Shown: positions 10,062 through 20,058, numbered from the stretch's first letter. The stretch: 64,000 nucleotides of DNA from Candidatus Hodarchaeota archaeon (GCA_016839785.1 JAEOTQ010000034.1:1206-65205), one strand, 5' to 3'. Notes: a model not told the origin generated them from the sequence alone. Numbers and translations: made by a program.

Positions 10062-10736
10062 TCAAGTCTCGTAAAGATATACTTTCAAAATTTCAAACAA
10101 TTTATCAATTTCACTATATGGACTGTAGAGAGCGGAGATATAAGATATTCCAAACTTTGATAGAGGAAATGTATCTTTATAAATGTCCATTGTTGACCCA
10201 AATTGCGAGAGAAATCCTACGACATGATCTTTTATATCAGGCGTGAGATGGAAACTCTTACTCTCAAATGGTGTCGATAAACAAATATCACATTTATTAA
10301 CTACAAAATGAAAGATGTATTTCTTTGTTTTAGCCTTTTCATCAGCTTTGTCAGGATTTAAATCTAGTGAATCCAAAAAGTAGTTGTAAGCATCCTCCAT
10401 GGCCATACGTGTTGTTTCAAATGATTGCGAAGGATCAAGTAGTAGTAGCATGCCATCTGTTTTAAATGTCCTCAAAACCTCTCTCCATTGTCTTCTATAT
10501 TTCACCTCCCCTGGATTATCGATAGCAAGAATCTGATATCTACGATAGGCTTCAGGATGATACCATGGATATGAATCAGAACTTTGAAGCCTTATTTTCT
10601 TTTGTTCAATGTTTATATTGTAAGTTTTCTTACTCCTAATCGTTCTGACATCAGTTCCCTTCATTCGATCAATTAAAGTTGTTTTCCCTACCCCAGTATT
10701 CCCGAGAATTGATATCCGAATTTTTCTATCAAACAA
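10062..10736 (-). CDS. Small GTPase (Ras superfamily; Arf/SR-beta-like G3) with C-terminal extension
   Basis: G1 GNTGVGKT, G3 DNPGE, G4 NKCD. Confidence 0.7.
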   Translation of the reverse strand: MFDRKIRISILGNTGVGKTTLIDRMKGTDVRTIRSKKTYNINIEQKKIRLQSSDSYPWYHPEAYRRYQILAIDNPGEVKYRRQWREVLRTFKTDGMLLLLDPSQSFETTRMAMEDAYNYFLDSLDLNPDKADEKAKTKKYIFHFVVNKCDICLSTPFESKSFHLTPDIKDHVVGFLSQFGSTMDIYKDTFPLSKFGISYISALYSPYSEIDKLFEILKVYLYET

Positions 10737-10880
10737 ACTTGATCCTCTGTACTTTTTAACCTTTTAAATCAGTATTCTCCCATTATTTAATGAATTCTCC
10801 CCATTTAAAAAGCTGATTTAATTGCCAGCATCAAAATTTATAAGACGTTACTTTGAAATCTTCGAATGGAGTGAAATCTA

Positions 10881-12893
10881 CTGTCAAAATTCAAGTTAGT
10901 TTCCGAGTTTAATCCACGAGGAGATCAAATTCAAGCAATCCAAGCATTAGTAGATGGAGTGATTGATAGCAAGAAATATCAAACCTTGTTAGGAGTAACA
11001 GGATCAGGAAAAACATTTACAGTGGCAAATGTAATCGAAAGAATTAATCGACCTACATTAGTGATTTCCCACAATAAAACTCTCGCTGCCCAATTATACC
11101 AAGAATTCAAAGAATATTTTCCAGAAAACGCCGTAGAATATTTTGTGTCCTTTTATGACTATTACCAACCTGAAGCCTATCTTCCCACTCCTGATCGCTA
11201 CATTGAAAAGGATTTTGACATAAATGAAGAAATAGATAAGATGCGCGCGTCAACTACTAGGAGCTTATTAGAACGAGAGGATGTAATCGTTGTAGCATCC
11301 GTCTCTTGTATATACGGGCTTGGGAAACCTGAACATTACAAGAATATGAGTTTTTTCGCTCATAAGGGCATGCAAATCACCAAAGAAAAAGTTTTATCAC
11401 ACTTGATCGATATTCTCTATGAACGAAATGAAGTAGCACTTACAAGAGGGAAGATTAGATCAAAAGGGGATATAATCGACGTATGGCCCGTTTATGATGA
11501 TACAGCCGTTCGCATAGAGCTATTTGGAGATGAAATTGAACGTATTTCAGTTATTCATCCTGTATCGAGTAAGCGTATTGCAGAATTAGATCGTACATAT
11601 ATTTTTCCTGCAAAACACTATGTTAGACCAAAGGAAGAATTAAAAGCTGTCCTTGGAGATATTCGAAAGGAATTGAAGGAACGACTAAGTGAGCTGACAA
11701 ATCAAAATAAGTTAGTTGAAGCCCAACGACTGCAGCAGCGGACTCAATATGATTTGGAGCTGATTGACCAGATAGGATACGCTCCAGGAATGGAAAATTA
11801 TTCTAGATATTTCGACGGACGGGAACCAGGGGAGCCTCCAGCCACATTATTTAACTTCTTTCCAGAAGATTACTTGCTTATCATTGATGAATCCCATATG
11901 ACAATCCCTCAAGTAGGGGGAATGAGAGAAGGGGATTTTTCTAGAAAAAGGAACTTAATTGATTATGGATTTCGATTACCATCTGCCTATGACCATCGGC
12001 CACTGACTTTTGGTGAGTTTGAAGAAGAAATGAGTACTACAATCTTCCTTAGTGCAACTCCAGGCCCTTATGAATTGCATTTATGTAAAAAATCTGATGT
12101 TGTGGAGCAAATAATTCGACCTACTGGACTAGTAGACCCTGAAATAATAGTAAAGTTAAATCTACCTAATCATATTGATGATTTAGTAACCGAAATTCAA
12201 AAGACTGCTCAGAGAGGGGAAAGAACTCTAGTGACTACTTTAACGAAGAGAATGGCAGAAAACCTTGCAGATTATTTTGATGAAATAGGAATTCGATCTC
12301 GATATCTCCATTCCGAGATAAAAACCCTGGAACGTACCGACATCTTACGCTCACTTAGATTAGGCGATTTTGATGTATTAGTAGGAATTAACCTTTTACG
12401 AGAAGGTCTTGATCTTCCTGAGGTATCCCTAGTTGCCATTCTTGATGCTGACAAACAAGGCTTTTTAAGGAATGAAAGAGCTCTCATACAAACTATCGGT
12501 CGCGCTTCCAGAAATATTAATGGTAAAGTAATCTTCTACGCTGATTCGATTTCCGAATCCATGGAGTCTGCAATTAGAGAAACGAAACGAAGAAGACGTA
12601 TCCAACTTAAATTCAACCAAAAAATGGGACTTATACCTAAGACAATTACAAAAGAAATTCGTTCACCCCTTATTGAATTGGAGACAAGTTTTACAAGCAT
12701 TAAAAAGGAGCAAATTTCTACGAAAGACTTACCAGAGTATCTGAAAGCATTAAAAGATGAGATGCAAATTGCTGCAAAAAATCTCGAATTTGAGAAGGCA
12801 GCAGAGATTCGGGATATGATTTTGGCAATGGAAGACCCAGTAGCAAAAAAAGTCCCAAAACTGATTCAAAGGAAAAAAAAGAAAAAATTGTAA
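10881..12893 (+). CDS. uvrB: Excinuclease ABC subunit B
   Basis: ..SKFKLVSEFNPRGDQIQAI..LLGVTGSGKTFT.., DESH box (IIDESHMT) and C-terminal UVR motif (EFEKAAEIRD). The conserved N-terminus lies upstream of the track start (GTG 10959). The only codon giving MSKFKL is CTG at 10881, so the start is uncertain. Confidence 0.9.
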   Translation: MSKFKLVSEFNPRGDQIQAIQALVDGVIDSKKYQTLLGVTGSGKTFTVANVIERINRPTLVISHNKTLAAQLYQEFKEYFPENAVEYFVSFYDYYQPEAYLPTPDRYIEKDFDINEEIDKMRASTTRSLLEREDVIVVASVSCIYGLGKPEHYKNMSFFAHKGMQITKEKVLSHLIDILYERNEVALTRGKIRSKGDIIDVWPVYDDTAVRIELFGDEIERISVIHPVSSKRIAELDRTYIFPAKHYVRPKEELKAVLGDIRKELKERLSELTNQNKLVEAQRLQQRTQYDLELIDQIGYAPGMENYSRYFDGREPGEPPATLFNFFPEDYLLIIDESHMTIPQVGGMREGDFSRKRNLIDYGFRLPSAYDHRPLTFGEFEEEMSTTIFLSATPGPYELHLCKKSDVVEQIIRPTGLVDPEIIVKLNLPNHIDDLVTEIQKTAQRGERTLVTTLTKRMAENLADYFDEIGIRSRYLHSEIKTLERTDILRSLRLGDFDVLVGINLLREGLDLPEVSLVAILDADKQGFLRNERALIQTIGRASRNINGKVIFYADSISESMESAIRETKRRRRIQLKFNQKMGLIPKTITKEIRSPLIELETSFTSIKKEQISTKDLPEYLKALKDEMQIAAKNLEFEKAAEIRDMILAMEDPVAKKVPKLIQRKKKKKL

Positions 12894-13128
12894 ATTAATT
12901 TGAGAAGTAGCGGATTAGTTCAAGGAAACCATCGATCTAAATTAAGTAATAATAGTAGAAAAACGTATCAATTTTTTACTTGTCTCTATTTTACTTTTTA
13001 ACACCCTTCTTCAAATTTTAATTAAGAATAGCTCGCTAGAGAGATTTGATACAATTCAACTAAAGAATTGATTTAAATGATTCACATGTGATAATGTCGA
13101 AGATTATTACTCGTAGAGATGATAATAC

Positions 13129-14538
13129 ATGGAAGAATCAATCGCTACTGATATCACAATAATTGGTGGTGGCCCTGCTGGATATGTTGCTGCCATTCGC
13201 GCCGCTCAACTTGGAGCAAAGGTCGTTCTAATTGAAAAAGGACAAATTGGGGGAACTTGTCTTAATCGAGGATGCATTCCAACAAAAGTCTTTGTGCAAT
13301 CTGCAAAACATTGTAAATCATTACGGGAAATGGCAAGATTTGGACTGAAATCGGAATATATAGGAGTAGATTTTCCGAGTATCATTAAACGAAAGACTAT
13401 GATTGTTAAACGACTCGTTAGAGGCGTAAATTTCCTTCTTAAGAAAAATAATATTCAGGTATTAATGGGGGAAGGTAGATTCATAGATGCTCACACCATC
13501 TCTGTTTCATCATTAGAGAAAAACTATGTAGTCACGACAAAGAAGACATTGATAGCAACAGGGAGTAAACCTTTCTTTGTTCCAATTCCGGGGATTGATG
13601 GTGCCAAGGTATTAACAAGTAAGGAAATGCTTGAAATCGGTAATTTACCACAAAGTTTAATTGTAATCGGAGGAGGAGTAGTTGGTGGAGAGTTTGCTTG
13701 TGTTTTCAGATGTTTTGAGGAAACAGATGTCACAGTAGTAGAAATGCTTCCCCGTCTACTTCCCATGGAAGATGCCGACTTGGGTGAGGAGTTAAAAGCA
13801 TCTTTCAAAAGAATTGGTATAAAAGTCCATACAAGTTCTCGGGTAACTCGTATTTCAGATACACCAGCAAGAAATAAGAGAGTTACATTCACCGATGAAG
13901 AAGGAAAAGAATATAATATTGATGCTGAATATGTTTTAGTATCAATAGGAAGAACTCCTTGTTTGGATGGATTAAATCTGAGAGCAGCAGGAATAAAATA
14001 TGATAGGGGAATATTTGTAAATAGTAAGATGGAAACAAATGTCCCTGATATCTATGCGGCTGGTGATGTTGTTCAAGGAGTTCCCTCACCCATGCTTGCA
14101 TATACTGCATCTCACGAAGGTGAAGTAGCAGTCGAAAATGCTTTAGGTCATGACGTAGAAATGAGTTACCATGCAATACCAAGTACAATTTTTACGAATC
14201 CTGAAGTTTCCTCTGTTGGGCATTCAGAGGAGAAAGCACGTGAGATCTTTGGGGATATTCTTGTAGGGAAGTTTCCATTTCAGGGAAATGGTAGAGCAAT
14301 TATTGCAGGACACAACCGTGGATTTGTAAAAGTTATCCTAGATGCTAAAACCACTGAAATTGTAGGTGTTCATATAATTGGGCCATATGCAACTGAAATT
14401 ATTTCCGAAGGAGCATTAGCAGTAGCCAATCGAATGAAGGCAGAAGATTTGATTAAAGTTGAGCATGCTCATCCTGTGGTCTATGAATCCCTTAAAGAAG
14501 CGGTTTTATGTGCTCTGGGCAGACCTATCCACCAGTGA
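13129..14538 (+). CDS. lpdA: Dihydrolipoyl dehydrogenase-family flavoprotein disulfide reductase
   Basis: FAD site GGGPAGY, redox-active GGTCLNRGCIPTK, NAD site GGGVVGGE, C-terminal HAHPVVYE (His-Glu dyad). Confidence 0.8.
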   Translation: MEESIATDITIIGGGPAGYVAAIRAAQLGAKVVLIEKGQIGGTCLNRGCIPTKVFVQSAKHCKSLREMARFGLKSEYIGVDFPSIIKRKTMIVKRLVRGVNFLLKKNNIQVLMGEGRFIDAHTISVSSLEKNYVVTTKKTLIATGSKPFFVPIPGIDGAKVLTSKEMLEIGNLPQSLIVIGGGVVGGEFACVFRCFEETDVTVVEMLPRLLPMEDADLGEELKASFKRIGIKVHTSSRVTRISDTPARNKRVTFTDEEGKEYNIDAEYVLVSIGRTPCLDGLNLRAAGIKYDRGIFVNSKMETNVPDIYAAGDVVQGVPSPMLAYTASHEGEVAVENALGHDVEMSYHAIPSTIFTNPEVSSVGHSEEKAREIFGDILVGKFPFQGNGRAIIAGHNRGFVKVILDAKTTEIVGVHIIGPYATEIISEGALAVANRMKAEDLIKVEHAHPVVYESLKEAVLCALGRPIHQ

Positions 14539-14810
14539 TAGATGAAGATCAACCATTTACTTCAATAAATGTCACCACTAGAATATTCATTAAAAATAAG
14601 AGAAGTAGATAGGGAAAAAGAAGGAACCCCCCCTAGTTACTCTGTGCTTGAAATTTTGACTGAAGCTATCAAGATCTAATTCAAGTATTTCTCCTTCCTT
14701 GATTCCTATACAACCCTAGTTTCGATTACTTCAAACATTAGATATAAAAAATGATAATAGTTCCCTTCCCTTGTAATCCTACTAAAATTCTTTTTAACTA
14801 GGACATATTT

Positions 14811-16169
14811 GTGAATTTTAATAATGAAATATCTGAATATAAGATGGGATTCTTAATGGAAGATCAAACAGTCCAACTTATCGGCCTATTAATCTTCATA
14901 GCAACTTATATTCTAATTTCAAGTGAAAAACTCCATCGGCCAATATCTGCACTTCTGGGGGCAAGTGCATTATCCATTCTGCTTATCGTAACCGAATGGG
15001 AATTTGAAGGTCATACGGTAGAATTTCACACGATTGTTTCTAAAGTTGAATGGAATACTATAATCTTCATCACCGCAATGATGATAATTACCATCATCTC
15101 GAGTAAATCAGGATTATTTCAATATATCTCTATTTTAATTGTGAGATTTACTAAAGGTAGTCCAAAAAAACTCCTTCTTTCATTAACAATTCTAACATTT
15201 ATCATTAGCTTCGTGTTTGATGTAATTACAACAATGTTAATAATTGCACCCTTAACGGTAGAAATTTACAAGATTTTAGAGTTTGATTTCCGACCAACGC
15301 TTATAATAATGGCAATAACCGCAAATTTTGCTTCGATATCCTCTCTTGTTGGAAGTATACCCAACATAGTTCTTGCGGAAAAAAGCGGTGCAAACTTTCT
15401 TGACTTTGTCTTAGTCATGGGACCGTTAAGTATTTTACTACTAATCACTGCTATTCCAGTATATTATCTTTTTGCGCGCAGCTCTTTTGTAGAACCTTCG
15501 AAAATCTTAGTAGAAGAAATTTTTCTTCTTGACCCCAACATTCTAGTTGAAGATCGAAGAACGTTCTACGTAGTAATTATTGGATTAATCACATTGGTAT
15601 TAGGTTTTATATTTGGGAGTATAATTAATTTAAAAGCAGCAGAGATTGCACTCCTTATTGCTGCAAGTTTATTACTCTTTTCAGGAATGCATCCAAAAGA
15701 TGTTTTTGAAGATGTAGAATGGATATCGATTTATTTCATTATGGGACTGTTTATTCTTGTAGGATCTATAGAAATTTTAGGTCTCTTAAAGGTTTTGGGA
15801 GAAATCTTAACTCCATTTCTAGAACTCCCCCTGATTCTATCATTGCCATTTATTTCATTTGGTATTGGAATTATATCTGCCATTGTGGATAATATCCCAA
15901 TTTCTGCAGCTCTAGCACCTGTTTTCTTTGATCTCCAAGAAGCTGGTATCATAGGCCCAATACAATGGTGGGCATTAGTAATTGCTGTAAATCTAGGAGG
16001 ATATATCTTACCTATCGGAAGTCCTGCAAATATATTGGCAATCAACCTTTCAAATAGAGAGGGTTCTCCAATCTCATTCATGCTATTTCTTAAAATCGGG
16101 GGGCTTTTAGGTTTACTACATCTGCTTATAGGAACAATTTGGTTATTACTGTTATCAGCAATAATATAA
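14811..16169 (+). CDS. ArsB/NhaD-superfamily ion permease (polytopic membrane protein)
   Basis: About 10-12 hydrophobic segments; IVDNIPISAALAPV and GSPANILA motifs resemble the COG1055 ArsB/NhaD family. The start is uncertain (GTG 14811 or a downstream ATG). Confidence 0.55.
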   Translation: MNFNNEISEYKMGFLMEDQTVQLIGLLIFIATYILISSEKLHRPISALLGASALSILLIVTEWEFEGHTVEFHTIVSKVEWNTIIFITAMMIITIISSKSGLFQYISILIVRFTKGSPKKLLLSLTILTFIISFVFDVITTMLIIAPLTVEIYKILEFDFRPTLIIMAITANFASISSLVGSIPNIVLAEKSGANFLDFVLVMGPLSILLLITAIPVYYLFARSSFVEPSKILVEEIFLLDPNILVEDRRTFYVVIIGLITLVLGFIFGSIINLKAAEIALLIAASLLLFSGMHPKDVFEDVEWISIYFIMGLFILVGSIEILGLLKVLGEILTPFLELPLILSLPFISFGIGIISAIVDNIPISAALAPVFFDLQEAGIIGPIQWWALVIAVNLGGYILPIGSPANILAINLSNREGSPISFMLFLKIGGLLGLLHLLIGTIWLLLLSAII

Positions 16170-16288
16170 TTATTTTTCCGAGTGAAAAAATTATTTAAAG
16201 ATGCTTCTTGATTAGGAGAAAATTCCTTACAAATTTTAAACAGTATAGGTAAAACTATAATCCTTGTTTTTTTGCCAAAAGAGGAGAG

Positions 16289-16296
16289 TATATAAA
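16289..16296 (+). promoter_or_regulatory. TATA-box-like element (TATATAAA) upstream of the ArsR-like gene
   Basis: Matches the archaeal TATA consensus, is preceded by a purine-rich stretch, and lies ~93 nt upstream of the TTG start. Confidence 0.35.
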
Positions 16297-16310
16297 GAAT
16301 ATAGTAAGAC

Positions 16311-16330
16311 TTTTACATAATTGTGTAAAA
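16311..16330. promoter_or_regulatory. Perfect 7-bp inverted repeat TTTTACA-N6-TGTAAAA; candidate operator
   Basis: Seen directly in the sequence. It sits 15 nt downstream of the TATA-like element, where the TSS would be expected, in front of a wHTH regulator gene. Confidence 0.4.
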
Positions 16331-16388
16331 TGTAATCTTTATACAAATTTTGAGTTATTTAGGAGAATCAAACTTGGAGGATTAAATT

Positions 16389-17132
16389 TTGGCTGATGAA
16401 TATAAAAAAGAAAAAGATGATGAATTTTCGTCCAAAAGTGATTCTGGGGACTTTAATGAAATCAAGAATCTCTTTCGTGAATTAAAAGAGGAAATTCGAG
16501 AAGAATTTCAGGATATACGAGAAGATATCGAAGATGTAAAGGGACCAGAAAAAAGATCTAGAAAAAAAGCACGAAGACGAACTTATCGAAGATCAAAAGA
16601 TGAAGAAGATTGGAAAGATTGGGGTGAAAATATTGGCTCTTCACTAGAGCGATATATCGGTAGTATATTGGAATCTGTTTGGGATTCAGTAGATCAATCT
16701 GTTGGGTCTTTATTCCACACATCTTCAACTCCTCGACGTAGAAGAACTAAACGAGATAAAGTCGACCATTACACTTCAATTCCTGAAGAAGAACTTGAAC
16801 AATTTTTTCAACGTGGCGCTGAACTTTTAAGTGCTTTATCAGATCAAAAACGACTGCAAATGTTGAAGGAGCTTGAAAAAGAACCCTTACGCCAATCTGA
16901 TCTCTCTGAGAAGACTAACATTCGGGGTGGTAACTTCAAACATCATATAACAATCCTTAAGGATGAAGGACTAGTTCATCAAGAAGGGGTTAGAGAAAGG
17001 TACATGTTAACTTTTGCAGGCCGTGAAGCATTGAAGCTTGCGGAATTCTTGTATCATAGAGCTAAAAAACCTGTGGGTGTTCCCATTATTATAGATGAGG
17101 ACGAATCAGATTCCAAATACGAAGAGGAGTAG
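16389..17132 (+). CDS. ArsR/SmtB-like winged-HTH transcription regulator with a long, highly charged N-terminal extension
   Basis: C-terminal LSDQKRLQMLKELEKEPLRQSDLSEKTNIRGGNFKHHITILKDEGLV fits an ArsR wHTH. TTG start lies 8 nt after GGAGG (16376-16380). Confidence 0.65.
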   Translation: MADEYKKEKDDEFSSKSDSGDFNEIKNLFRELKEEIREEFQDIREDIEDVKGPEKRSRKKARRRTYRRSKDEEDWKDWGENIGSSLERYIGSILESVWDSVDQSVGSLFHTSSTPRRRRTKRDKVDHYTSIPEEELEQFFQRGAELLSALSDQKRLQMLKELEKEPLRQSDLSEKTNIRGGNFKHHITILKDEGLVHQEGVRERYMLTFAGREALKLAEFLYHRAKKPVGVPIIIDEDESDSKYEEE

Positions 17133-17140
17133 ACTTTTTG

Positions 17141-17809
17141 ATGGAACTTGAACTAGGAGATCAAATTTTTTCATGGAATGGTTCTTCTGAGATTCTGGAT
17201 GAGAAGTACTTCCAAGTTAAAAAACTTGAAAATATAAACTTGATTGAACTTACAAGTGATTCTAAACTTGATGGGGTAGTTCTGGTTGGAAAGATCAGTA
17301 TTGTGGTGGATTCGGTTGTTTACACACAATCTCATGGTGCTATAGGCGAAACCACGGAATTTCTGGGATCTAGTCTGGCAATTTTAGGATTAAAACTTAC
17401 AGATGTTCAAAAATTCCTGCATAAGGAATTCTATGATTCGCATGAGGCAGAATCTATAAGAAAAGAGGCAAATCAACTTATTGGTAAACTCAGAGATAAT
17501 CTCACAAACAAAACCACCAACATCAATTTTGAAAAAGACTCTGATGTAAGTTACATAATTTTTGGTAAGAGTAACTTATTCTTACTTGGATCAACAGATC
17601 AAGTGATTTTGATTCACAAAAAGAAGATATCTGTACGAAAAGGAGAGAATTCCCTTGTCCAGGTTGATCCTCACAATGGGATTACTATTGCTAACGAAGA
17701 AAAATGCATCAGAATCGGTTCTCAGAGAAAAGGTACAGATTTATCCTTTTTGGGAGAATTAGGAGTCAATATTGCTTCAAAAGTACTTGACTCGATTTTA
17801 TGGGAATGA
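17141..17809 (+). CDS. Hypothetical protein, probably co-transcribed with the ArsR-like gene
   Basis: ATG lies 8 nt after the upstream stop, with GAGGAG just upstream. No recognisable domain. Confidence 0.45.
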   Translation: MELELGDQIFSWNGSSEILDEKYFQVKKLENINLIELTSDSKLDGVVLVGKISIVVDSVVYTQSHGAIGETTEFLGSSLAILGLKLTDVQKFLHKEFYDSHEAESIRKEANQLIGKLRDNLTNKTTNINFEKDSDVSYIIFGKSNLFLLGSTDQVILIHKKKISVRKGENSLVQVDPHNGITIANEEKCIRIGSQRKGTDLSFLGELGVNIASKVLDSILWE

Positions 17810-17886
17810 GCAATCCGAAGGTGAGATCTAATTCCCTCCTATAATTTTTTAGCTAGATATAATCCTATCTGAATTCTTTTATAAAA

Positions 17887-19143
17887 ATGAATATTGGAAT
17901 TAGAACAAAACTTATTTTCTTTTTTTCTAAGAAATTATGTACATTGTCCTATGACCAATTCATTAACCCTGTCGTGCTTGAGACTCCCATCTCGGGAATT
18001 CGTCTTGTTAATTCATGGGAATCGAAGATACCACTAAGAGAACAAATTCATCTAAATATTGGTCAACCAGACCTGCCTACTCCCAGTTATATTAAATATG
18101 CCGCAGTTGAGGCTCTTGAAAAGGATCTAACTAGATATACTGATGTATTAGGTGAAAAATATCTCAGGAATGCTATCGTAGGGTTTCAAGATTCTTTTCA
18201 TCACCTCAGATATTCATCTGATGAAGTATTAGTAACTGCAGGAGGACAAAGTGCTATATTTGCAGTATTAAAGGCGATATTATCACCGAATGATAATGTA
18301 ATTGTTCCTTTTCCAAGTTATCCACCTTATATCAATGCAATCAAATACAATTATGCAAACATTTTACCATTAAAGACTACAGTGGATCATGATTTTAACT
18401 TAATTCCAGAAAAAATAAGAGAGAGATTGGAGAAAAAACCAGTAAAAGCGTTGTTATTAATCAGTCCTAGCAATCCAACTGGTACGATTGTACCTAAAGA
18501 AACTTTAGAGGAAATTGTTAATTTAGCTAATGAATTCAACTTTCTGATCTTGTCAGACGAAATTTACAGTGATATCATCTTTGATAATCAAGCGTATACA
18601 TCAGTAGCTACCCTTTCAGATGCGTGGGAGCGAACAATTATAATTCAAAGCTTCAGTAAAATGTTGTCGATGTGTGGATTTCGAATTGGTTACATATTAG
18701 CTCCTGGACCGTTAATTGACCAAATCAAAGTTATTCATCATACAATGAATATTTGTGCAAATAATATCGCCCAGTATGCAGCTTATAAAGCATTAGAAGA
18801 CCAAAATCAATTAAAAAGGGCGATTTCATCGTTAGTCAAAACATACCAGGATCGTCGTGATTTATGTATAGAAGCTCTTACAAATTCAGATAAAATTTCA
18901 ATCTCTAAACCCCGTGGTGCGTTTTATCTCTTCCCAAAAATAGATAATCTTAATATGATTCGTTTCTGTAAATGGCTCAAGTATAATTATGGGGTCACGA
19001 CAGTTCCTGGCTCTTACTTTTCTACGGACCTGATAGAAGAGCATAACCAATACTTCAGGATTTGTTTTACCGCTGAAAAAGAAAAATTAGATCTAGGTAT
19101 GAAAAAAATTCTCTTGGCTACAGAAAAGTACAAGAAAACGTAG
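17887..19143 (+). CDS. Class I/II PLP-dependent aminotransferase (aspartate aminotransferase family)
   Basis: SFSKMLSMCGFRIGY (PLP-lysine motif), SPSNPTG and the overall family layout. Confidence 0.85.
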   Translation: MNIGIRTKLIFFFSKKLCTLSYDQFINPVVLETPISGIRLVNSWESKIPLREQIHLNIGQPDLPTPSYIKYAAVEALEKDLTRYTDVLGEKYLRNAIVGFQDSFHHLRYSSDEVLVTAGGQSAIFAVLKAILSPNDNVIVPFPSYPPYINAIKYNYANILPLKTTVDHDFNLIPEKIRERLEKKPVKALLLISPSNPTGTIVPKETLEEIVNLANEFNFLILSDEIYSDIIFDNQAYTSVATLSDAWERTIIIQSFSKMLSMCGFRIGYILAPGPLIDQIKVIHHTMNICANNIAQYAAYKALEDQNQLKRAISSLVKTYQDRRDLCIEALTNSDKISISKPRGAFYLFPKIDNLNMIRFCKWLKYNYGVTTVPGSYFSTDLIEEHNQYFRICFTAEKEKLDLGMKKILLATEKYKKT

Positions 19144-19160
19144 TTCGTGGGGTTTTTCAT

Positions 19161-19292
19161 ATGAATGACAAAAAAACTTGTTCTAAATGTCAAGAACCTA
19201 TGTATGCTAGCTATAAGAATACTTATTACTGTGTTAAGCACTTAAAAGAGCATCTACAAAGTGAGGAAGAATCCTTATCATCCTCAAGATAA
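19161..19292 (+). CDS. Small putative zinc-binding protein (43 aa), not in the supplied ORF track
   Basis: MNDKKTCSKCQEPMYASYKNTYYCVKHLKEH..., i.e. a CxxC...CxxH arrangement. The ATG lies 17 nt after the aminotransferase stop. Confidence 0.3.
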   Translation: MNDKKTCSKCQEPMYASYKNTYYCVKHLKEHLQSEEESLSSSR

Positions 19293-19470
19293 ATCCCGTG
19301 AATTACACGTCCTTAACTATAAGATCAGCTCTATTCATCAAGATGATTACCTTTGCAGCTTACGAACAAAATTAGTTGAATAAGAAAAGTTTCTTAATAA
19401 CTTAAGTATGAGATGTTATTTGAACATCTATTCAAAAAAAGGATTCTTCTTTTCAAGATTAAATACATGA

Positions 19471-20037
19471 GTGGTTATTATTTTGTCAGCACCTAACGAT
19501 ATACTATTTGAAATCCCTCATTATAGTCAATATAAAATTGTAGTAGCAGGCGATGCATTAGTTGGAAAAACTCAACTTGTTTCCGTCTTTACAAAACGTG
19601 ATTTTGAGCACAAACCTACAGCAGGAGCAGATATTTCATTTATCAAGCTAACAAGCCCAAGTGAAGGAAAAAGCACAACTACTGCTATTTTTTGGGATCT
19701 TTCAGGTCAACCAGCGTTCCATAAAGTTCGTCCGCTTTTTTATGAAGGAGCTCACGCCGTGATCTATGTATTTGATATCACAAGAGAAAATACAGTACTC
19801 TCTCTTCCCAGTTGGTTTAAGGAAGTAAAAAAAGTACTTCCTGAAAGTCCAGCTGTTTTAATTGGAAACAAAGTTGATTTAGAAAGCGAGAGAGAAGTGA
19901 GTGACGACATTGGACAAAGATTCGCAGATAAAATGCATGCTCAATATTTCCCCACATCAGCAGTCAATAATAAAGGTGTTGTAGTGGCATTTGCCTCGGC
20001 AATAAGGCGTGCTGTATCGTATCGTGATCAAAGCTAA
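19471..20037 (+). CDS. Ras/Rab-like small GTPase with all canonical G motifs
   Basis: G1 GDALVGKT, G3 WDLSGQ, G4 GNKVDL, G5 TSAVNN. GTG start. Confidence 0.85.
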   Translation: MVIILSAPNDILFEIPHYSQYKIVVAGDALVGKTQLVSVFTKRDFEHKPTAGADISFIKLTSPSEGKSTTTAIFWDLSGQPAFHKVRPLFYEGAHAVIYVFDITRENTVLSLPSWFKEVKKVLPESPAVLIGNKVDLESEREVSDDIGQRFADKMHAQYFPTSAVNNKGVVVAFASAIRRAVSYRDQS

Positions 20038-20058
20038 TGAACATACCGCGTACCCTAC

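Noticed and set aside
10866-10874. In-frame TGA two codons after an ATG at the uvrB 5' end, considered as selenocysteine or stop-codon readthrough
   Set aside because: UvrB is not a selenoprotein, there is no sequence context suggesting recoding, and the conserved N-terminus begins after the TGA. Non-canonical CTG initiation or a base error is more parsimonious.
13129-14538. Lpd-like gene with no adjacent E1/E2 or glycine-cleavage partners, considered as an anomaly
   Set aside because: Stand-alone Lpd-family flavoproteins are common in archaea, and partners may be encoded elsewhere. This is not informative without whole-genome context.
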